Positions 58,179-64,000 of a DNA stretch of 64,000 nt are shown here, in pieces. The notes below the pieces were generated by a model that ran no database searches, was not told the DNA's origin, and worked only from the letters and a program-made list of their open reading frames with translations. The DNA is taken from assembly GCF_030698175.1 (NCBI RefSeq), contig NZ_JAUYNT010000011.1, positions 4,748 through 68,747 on the forward strand, given 5' to 3'. Each line of letters begins with the position of its first letter. Within the stretch, counting starts at the first letter, position 1. The position numbers and the translations under genes were made by a program. The stretch comes from Pseudomonas sp. GTDB taxonomy: Bacteria; Pseudomonadota; Gammaproteobacteria; Pseudomonadales; Pseudomonadaceae.

Positions 58179-58255
58179 GGGCCCATAGCTCAGTTGGTTA
58201 GAGCAGAGGACTCATAATCCTTTGGTCCACGGTTCGAGTCCGTGTGGGCCCACCA
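58179..58255 (+). tRNA. tRNA with CAT anticodon, most likely tRNA-Ile2
   Basis: 77 nt; GGGCCCA/TGGGCCC acceptor stem, CTCATAA loop, GTTCGAG T-loop, encoded CCA; C4/C5 and position after rpoD favour Ile2 over Met. Confidence 0.93.
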
Positions 58256-58260
58256 GCTTC

Positions 58261-58286
58261 AAAGCCCCGCAATGCGGGGCTTTTTT
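58261..58286 (+). terminator. tRNA intrinsic terminator
   Basis: AAAGCCCCGC-AAT-GCGGGGCTTTTTT. Confidence 0.88.
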
Positions 58287-58383
58287 ATGCACGCTAGAAA
58301 AGCAGCTAGAGCAGTCCTATAGTCCAAAGGTACAAATTCAGTACAGTGCCGGTACAGCAGCACACCTTTGGAGCAGAAAAAAG

Positions 58384-59457
58384 ATGGCCACCATCGTCAA
58401 AACGGAAGCCGGCACATGGAAAGCCCTAGTGCGCAAAACAGGCTGGCCGACCAATACCAAAACCTTCCGCACCAAGCGCGACGCCGAAGACTGGGCACGC
58501 CGCACCGAGGACGAAATGGTCAGGGGCGTGTACATCCAGCGCAGCGGCTCCGAACGCTTGACCTTGGAAATGGCCCTGAAGCGCTACCTCAGCGAGGTCA
58601 GCCCAACCAAGAAGCCGACCACCCAGCGCGCAGAAGCCACCAAAGCCCAGCAGCTGATCAGCCACCTGGGCAAATACTCCATGGCCGCCCTCTCCGCTGA
58701 AATCATCGCCGGCTACCGCGATGCCCGCCTGGCCTCGATCACCAATCGCGACAAACCCACCAGCAACAACACCGTGCGCCTAGAGCTGGCCCTACTCAGC
58801 CACCTGTTCACCGTAGCCATTCAGGAATGGGGCCTGGGCCTCAGCTTCAACCCAGTGCTAAACATACGCAAACCAAGCCCCGGCGAAGGCCGTGACCGCC
58901 GTTTATCCGCAGAAGAAGAACGCCGCCTGCTGACAGCCGTAAACAATCACAGCAACCCCATGCTCGGCTGGATCGTCCGCATCGCGCTGGAAACAGGCAT
59001 GCGCTCATCCGAAATCACATCCCTGCGCAGACATCAGGTTGATATGAAAAAGCGCGTGGTGCGCCTCTCAGACACCAAGAACGATAGCGCACGCACCGTC
59101 CCACTCAGCAAGTGGGCCACAGAAACATTCCAGACAGCGCTGAACAACCCGATACGGCCGACTGACTGTGACCTGGTGTTCTTTGGCGAGCCAGGCAAAA
59201 ACGGCAAGCGCAGCCCCTACGCCTTCACCAAGACATGGGGACTACTGAAAACCAAACTCGGCATGCCGGATCTGCGCTTCCACGACCTGCGGCATGAGGC
59301 GGTAAGCCGATTGGTCGAAGGCGGCCTATCCGACCAGGAGGTGTCCGCCATCAGCGGGCACAAGTCGATGCAGATGCTGAAGCGCTACACGCACCTGCGG
59401 GCAGAGGACTTGGTAGGGAAACTAGATAGAATTACGAGCAGCGGGCTAGCCGATTGA
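58384..59457 (+). CDS. Tyrosine recombinase/integrase
   Basis: Catalytic set TGMR, TKN, FHDLRHE, SGHKS and KRYTH intact. Confidence 0.96.
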   Translation: MATIVKTEAGTWKALVRKTGWPTNTKTFRTKRDAEDWARRTEDEMVRGVYIQRSGSERLTLEMALKRYLSEVSPTKKPTTQRAEATKAQQLISHLGKYSMAALSAEIIAGYRDARLASITNRDKPTSNNTVRLELALLSHLFTVAIQEWGLGLSFNPVLNIRKPSPGEGRDRRLSAEEERRLLTAVNNHSNPMLGWIVRIALETGMRSSEITSLRRHQVDMKKRVVRLSDTKNDSARTVPLSKWATETFQTALNNPIRPTDCDLVFFGEPGKNGKRSPYAFTKTWGLLKTKLGMPDLRFHDLRHEAVSRLVEGGLSDQEVSAISGHKSMQMLKRYTHLRAEDLVGKLDRITSSGLAD

Positions 59458-59581
59458 CTGAAATCTCGTTGGTCTGTGCTGCAACTGAAAGCCCTCAGGT
59501 GTTTGCTCATCAGTACTGCTCCCCCAAAAAGGATGGACAAGTCCGTACTTTTTGGGGGAGCCCAGCTTAAATCTTTCAAGC

Positions 59582-60880
59582 TCAAGACAGCCCATATAGC
59601 TGCTGCTTCAGCAGACTCGTTGAGATTTCATCAGCATCACGACGAACCAGTACTGCAACCTCGCGCTCCAGCAACCCCATGTGCTGTGCAATTTCCGGGA
59701 TTGGCATGCCCTGCGCGTACAGTGATTTCAGCTCAGTAAATACAGCATCACTCACTGGCGACTCGCCGGTCGTAGGGTCGATACATGCTCTTGCCCGACG
59801 CAGCCTGACTAAATCATCAAGCCCCTTCCAAGCCTTAGATACTGCCTGGCGAGAAATCCCAAGCCGCCTGGCAATTTCCGCCTGATGAAGCCCTTCCTTA
59901 TGAAGAACCCAAATCTTTTCACGAAGGCCTGGATTGGTTGCCGGCGATGCCGTCACGGGACGTAACTTGGAGTGCACTTGGTCATAAGCAGTCTTGCGCA
60001 GCTCCTGTGTATCGGCACCATTAGGCAACGGAAACCGAAACAAAAAGCCGGAACGCCCTCGCCCCCTCAAAGCCTCTAGCTCACGTCGGAAAGCCTGCTT
60101 GTATGGAAGATCACGGCGGTATCGTGATTTGGGCTCACCAGGATCGTGGACTTCACAATATCGGTTACTCAGCTTTCTCCACTTAGCTTCTGGCGAATAC
60201 TTGCTAGGGCCTTCCTCTGTGCAAACCAACGAACTCCACCTCTTCGTCATACGCCAGCAGAGCTCACAATACGAGGCCGCCTGCGGCCGAGTGCGATCAT
60301 CACTCAACCAATTGCCGAAGTAGATGGAGCGACCTGGACGCAGCGCAGCAAGAACCGAGAGCAGCCGCATTGCAGTATCCAACGTACTGCAAAAGTGGTG
60401 ACAGGCAGGCTCATATGGATCGCTCACAGCGTCCTGAGCACTTCGAATCACATACCGTAGATTTGTATACCAAAGCCGAAGATTAGAAACCTGCCAGTCC
60501 ACATCCATGGTGTCTGGTGGCTTCATCTCAAACTGATCTATCTTGCTGATTCTTAGCTCTGTCCGGTCATACCCACTCGGGCACTCAATTATCACGGGAT
60601 CAGCTCGCCATTCAGGTGGACTCTTCCCCATGCCAGATAGCTTCATGTTGCCCAACAGCTGATTGGGCCAGCCCCCTGAATAACTTTCGACAGCATGCGT
60701 AAAGGCTTCATCTAGAATCGACCTGACCCCTGCCCAAACAGAATACCTACGGGATGTCAGGCTATACGAAGAGGTCAGTTTTGCCGAAAACAATGCAATG
60801 CACTCAGCAAAGCCCGGATCACACTGATCAAATGCTGTGAGCTGCTGCAAGTGGACAGCGAAGTTTTCAGCTCGTCTCAT
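59582..60880 (-). CDS. Hypothetical DNA-binding protein (CxxC..CxxH motif plus two C-terminal HTH-like segments)
   Basis: YCELCWR..YCEVHDP; GLHQAEIARRLGISRQAVSK; GMPIPEIAQHMGL. Confidence 0.75.
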   Translation of the reverse strand: MRRAENFAVHLQQLTAFDQCDPGFAECIALFSAKLTSSYSLTSRRYSVWAGVRSILDEAFTHAVESYSGGWPNQLLGNMKLSGMGKSPPEWRADPVIIECPSGYDRTELRISKIDQFEMKPPDTMDVDWQVSNLRLWYTNLRYVIRSAQDAVSDPYEPACHHFCSTLDTAMRLLSVLAALRPGRSIYFGNWLSDDRTRPQAASYCELCWRMTKRWSSLVCTEEGPSKYSPEAKWRKLSNRYCEVHDPGEPKSRYRRDLPYKQAFRRELEALRGRGRSGFLFRFPLPNGADTQELRKTAYDQVHSKLRPVTASPATNPGLREKIWVLHKEGLHQAEIARRLGISRQAVSKAWKGLDDLVRLRRARACIDPTTGESPVSDAVFTELKSLYAQGMPIPEIAQHMGLLEREVAVLVRRDADEISTSLLKQQLYGLS

Positions 60881-60970
60881 GTCAACCTAAAACCATAACT
60901 CTATGTCTCCATCCTAGGCGTATTCATGCGTAACGTTCAACCTACATTCCACATGTAGGCGTAACCACCA

Positions 60971-61189
60971 ATGACCACCGAAGAACTAATCTTGAGCAGC
61001 AACGGCGGCTCGCCCCTGCTATCCCTCGGGCAGGTTGCTGAAATTCTCCATCGCAGCCCGGAAGGGCTCCGCATAACGCTCTCCGGGGACAATGAGATTG
61101 CCCGGAAGCTAAAGCCCGCACGGATAAAGATCGGTCGGCGCGTCTACTTTCGAGTGGGTTCTATCGCTCAATTCATTGATGAGGCCTGA
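60971..61189 (+). CDS. Small excisionase/AlpA-like DNA-binding protein
   Basis: LLSLGQVAEILHRSPEGLR...IKIGRRVYFR pattern; 72 aa; directly upstream of rep. Confidence 0.75.
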   Translation: MTTEELILSSNGGSPLLSLGQVAEILHRSPEGLRITLSGDNEIARKLKPARIKIGRRVYFRVGSIAQFIDEA

Positions 61190-61199
61190 GCGAGTCCCG

Positions 61200-62093
61200 A
61201 TGTACCTGACTGACAAAATTGCTCGGATGCAACAGGTCGCATTAGAGCGCCCAAAACCGTGCGTAGAGCCTGCGCTGTCAGTCGCAGCAATGCCTGTTTA
61301 TCAGATGCCATTTTGGCCTGAAGAGACCCGCGGCGTGCCCAATGCGCTGCTCCGCTCAGCCTTATTTTCCGCAACGACTAAAAGTACACGCCGCTACGTA
61401 GACCGAGAGCTGCTGCACGCTCAGGGAGACATGCGAATTCGTTATAGCGGCCCCGGCTTGGGACAGGGTGATTTAGACGTTTGGGAAACAGTGCTGCACC
61501 TTGCCCGCTCTTACACCCAGAGCTTCGAGATACGAACGACCAGTTACCAACTCCTGAAGCTACAGAGCAAAGCCGATGCCGGTACAAATCGTAAAGCGCT
61601 GCACAGCTGCATCGTCCGCCTAAAGGCTTCCGCTGTGGAGATCGAACACGGCCCCTACAGTTATGTGGGTAGCCTGATTGACGAAGCTTTCCGAGATATG
61701 GCCACGAATGAATACGTCATACGTTTGAACCCAAGGCTCTGCGGCCTCTTCGTGCATGGCTCATTCACACGAGTAGACTGGGATGTCAGGCGCTCGCTTT
61801 CTGGTAAACCACTGGCGCAATGGCTGCATGGCTATTTCTCCAGCCACGCCAAGCCATTCCCGATCGGTATCGAAACACTTTTGCGCCTCTCAGGCAGTAA
61901 CGATCAATCAGTACATAGCGGCGTGCAAAATGTGCGCAGAGCACTGGATGCGCTGGCCCGCTCCAGTAATGAGCATGCTCAACTCTTCAGTTACACGATC
62001 CACAATAAAACGGTGCATGTCGTTCGGCAGCCAACCAAAGCGCAGCGTAAACACCTGGGAAACCGGTCGCTGCGCAGTCAAAAAAAGCAATAG
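61200..62093 (+). CDS. trfA: TrfA-family replication initiator (297 aa)
   Basis: QMPFWPEETRGVPNALLRSALF, YSGPGLGQGDLDVW, YVGSLID and LAQWLHGYFSSH motifs. Confidence 0.85.
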   Translation: MYLTDKIARMQQVALERPKPCVEPALSVAAMPVYQMPFWPEETRGVPNALLRSALFSATTKSTRRYVDRELLHAQGDMRIRYSGPGLGQGDLDVWETVLHLARSYTQSFEIRTTSYQLLKLQSKADAGTNRKALHSCIVRLKASAVEIEHGPYSYVGSLIDEAFRDMATNEYVIRLNPRLCGLFVHGSFTRVDWDVRRSLSGKPLAQWLHGYFSSHAKPFPIGIETLLRLSGSNDQSVHSGVQNVRRALDALARSSNEHAQLFSYTIHNKTVHVVRQPTKAQRKHLGNRSLRSQKKQ

Positions 62094-62178
62094 AAGATAC
62101 CGTAGCAGTGGCTAGAAAATACCGAAGCGCTGGCTAGGACATACCGAAGCACTGGCTAGAGAACCCCGAAGCATTGGC
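62091..62178 (+). repeat. Four tandem 22-bp iterons (putative oriV)
   Basis: TAGAAGATACCGTAGCAGTGGC, TAGAAAATACCGAAGCGCTGGC, TAGGACATACCGAAGCACTGGC, TAGAGAACCCCGAAGCATTGGC. Confidence 0.88.
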
Positions 62179-62397
62179 TAATTTTATGGCCGGCAAACTG
62201 CCCTGCGGCCCCCGAAACCATTGGCCTCCGTCACCAAAGGCAGAAGCCTCTAATCCTTTCTAATCTATTTAGAATCAAGAACATCTACCGCACATCACCA
62301 CCGGCAGGAACAGGGTAAACAGCTCTGCAACAGCGTGGACGGGGTATCACCCGTCGCCATAGCCATTACCATCTAGAGCCCCCCGAGAACATTCGCC

Positions 62398-62714
62398 ATG
62401 CTTCCTATGCACAATCCACCACACTCAGGCGAAGCCCTACGTGCAGACGTGCTCCCAGCGCTGGGGCTAACAGCTGTGAGCCTGACTAAGCGCCTAGGCT
62501 GCCGCCCAGCCTACTTTCAGCAGTCATGCTATGCGTTACCCCCATAAGCCACGAACTCGCTATACAGCTCGAATTTGCAGGCTTGGGCAGAGCCGGCCAT
62601 TGGCTAGCCCAGCAAGCCGCCTATGACCGCTGGCAAGCGCAACAAAAAGCCCTCATAAATGAGGGCTTTCCGAATAGATCACGGTCAGCGCTGTTCGTAG
62701 TCAGATCGGCGTAG
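62398..62714 (+). pseudogene. higA: HigA-like Xre antitoxin split by a 1-nt frameshift near 62515
   Basis: Frame 1 MLPMHNPPHSGEALRADVLPALGL..KRLG stops at 62547; the -1 frame continues SAVMLCVTPISHELAIQLEFAGLGRAGHWLAQQAAYDRWQA. Confidence 0.7.
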
Positions 62715-63015
62715 CCTCCTGGGAACGTCGAAGCTTGTTAAACAAGAGTGCTGCCAACCCGGCATAAAATACAACGACACTAAAAAATCCGCTCAGGGAC
62801 GTCCCTTTAGCCACGTCAACACAATCCTGTAAAACAACTATCCAAGTTACAAGCAAGCACAAATTCAGCAGAGTACAATTTGCCGTTTGTGCAGCTATGT
62901 TTTCAACGTTCAAAGCAGCACGAACACATCTAACATTCTTTTGCGTCAGAGTAGCCACTATGAAAGTTGCTACCACAGCAATAGAGCCCACCAATAATAA
63001 TAGATACAGATTCAT
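62701..63015 (-). CDS. Small membrane protein (about three hydrophobic segments)
   Basis: 104-aa ORF starting 2 nt after the virB6 stop; AT-rich. Confidence 0.6.
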   Translation of the reverse strand: MNLYLLLLVGSIAVVATFIVATLTQKNVRCVRAALNVENIAAQTANCTLLNLCLLVTWIVVLQDCVDVAKGTSLSGFFSVVVFYAGLAALLFNKLRRSQEATPI

Positions 63016-63016
63016 T

Positions 63017-64000
63017 TTAACCTCGCGAAACATTATTAAAGCGCGATGCAGTTAGCTGCCTATACGCCGCCATAGGAATACCAGCCACTCTTGCTGTACT
63101 ACCTGGATTCTGGCTAGCCCATCTTGCATTACTATCTTTTTGGCGACGAGCCGCACGCATATCAGACAGCGTTTTACCTGTAGCAATGTTTTTTGCTCCA
63201 ACCACTCCACCTTTCGCCTTGTTGTATACCGCCCCTGCAGCGCCCAACGTGCTGATCGCGACTCCACCACCTAATGCAGACGCGACAGAGTTAACCTGCG
63301 CAAGCAGTAGCGAACCGATAACACAAATAGCCGCAGCGGGAACAATATCACTCACTTGCGGATCAAGCTTTATGCCTGCACCACTCTCCGTGAGATACAT
63401 TTCAAGAACCGCCATCACCAATTTTATACATGCGCCGGCAAGTACAACGGTAAAACCATAGTTTAGAGCCTGACCTAACCAGCCCTCAAAAAAACGCTTT
63501 GTCGAATCGAACATCAGCAACACTATAAATATCGGTCCAAGGGCAAGCAGAATAGCCAGCATGAATTTAGAAAGGCATAGAAGAAACGCGGCATAAGCCG
63601 TCAAAGCCAAACCAACAGTCCAAACGGCAACAGCGCAAAGAATCAATCCAATGTGCGGAATAGTCGATGCGGTGCCCTTGACCCAAAAAGATGCGCCTAG
63701 CGAATACATCTGTGACATCAGACCATCGAGATATGCTGCCGAACCTGAGCCGGGCGCACCTTGCACAACAAGCGCCGCCAGCGCCTCTGGAAAACGCCAA
63801 ATAAAATCGACTACAGAATCATTGTAATAACCAACGTTCAGGGCTAACCCCGCGATCAGGGAGAGTCGCATCACACGCCACGCAAAATCCGTAATAAGCT
63901 CATCAATCACACCTCGCATCATCATCAATCCGTGAATGATGAAATACAGCACTAAAAGTTGTGAGGTGACCGGTCCGATTGAATCCATTACCCTGACCAC
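63017..64000 (-). CDS. virB6: VirB6/TrbL type IV secretion protein (5' end beyond the window)
   Basis: Multi-TM; LAILLALGPIFIVLLMFDSTKRFFEGWLGQALNY and VASALGGG motifs. Confidence 0.88.
   Translation of the reverse strand: MVRVMDSIGPVTSQLLVLYFIIHGLMMMRGVIDELITDFAWRVMRLSLIAGLALNVGYYNDSVVDFIWRFPEALAALVVQGAPGSGSAAYLDGLMSQMYSLGASFWVKGTASTIPHIGLILCAVAVWTVGLALTAYAAFLLCLSKFMLAILLALGPIFIVLLMFDSTKRFFEGWLGQALNYGFTVVLAGACIKLVMAVLEMYLTESGAGIKLDPQVSDIVPAAAICVIGSLLLAQVNSVASALGGGVAISTLGAAGAVYNKAKGGVVGAKNIATGKTLSDMRAARRQKDSNARWASQNPGSTARVAGIPMAAYRQLTASRFNNVSRG

Larger units (their letters stand above)
58256..64000. mobile_element. Left part of a tRNA-integrated element (putative replicative IME); continues beyond the window
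   Basis: Integrase directly after the tRNA, excisionase-like gene, TrfA plus iterons, VirB6; visibly more AT-rich from about 59500 onward. Confidence 0.85.

Noticed and set aside
58179-58255. Call as tRNA-Met
   Set aside because: CAT anticodon fits, but no initiator features (C1-A72 mismatch, triple G-C anticodon stem); C4/C5 and locus favour Ile2; elongator Met not fully excluded
58222-58383. N-terminal extension of the integrase in the ORF track
   Set aside because: Overlaps the tRNA and its terminator; ATG 58384 is the plausible start. Similar over-extensions were trimmed for speD, trpG, rpe, agtS, surA, tsaD and others
62091-62178. 22-bp repeats as a CRISPR array
   Set aside because: Units are head-to-tail with no unique spacers, there are no cas genes, and they abut a rep gene
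62405-62413. CTATGCACA as a DnaA box for the origin
   Set aside because: One mismatch, inside higA coding sequence, more than 100 bp from the AT-rich tract; plausible by chance

Overview
GC-rich Pseudomonas chromosomal window. Bases 1-58255 are mostly core genome, in the gene order I recall for P. aeruginosa PA0662-PA0576: argC, hemJ, speD, vfr, trpCDG, trpE, gph, rpe, agtABCD/agtSR, murU-amgK, lptD-surA-pdxA-rsmA-apaGH-glpE, prkA-yeaH-ycgB, cca, folKB, plsY, tsaD, rpsU-dnaG-rpoD. Small accessory insertions are an FGE-fold exported protein, a 1368-aa SNF2 ATPase in the trpE-trpG slot, and a MalT-like regulator with a tiny downstream gene. MITE and REP repeats are scattered through the intergenic DNA. 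Both trp operons carry matching promoter plus 14-codon WRWR leader modules. The trpE leader is in frame with the tail of gph and is followed by a MITE. From a tRNA(CAT) at 58179 to the right edge lies an integrated element: tyrosine integrase, Zn-finger/HTH protein, excisionase-like gene, TrfA-type replication initiator abutting four 22-bp iterons and an AT-rich tract, frameshifted higA-like gene, small membrane ORF and a partial VirB6/TrbL gene. It looks like a replicative integrative mobilizable element. No searches or computations were run; family calls come from motif recognition and recalled synteny.
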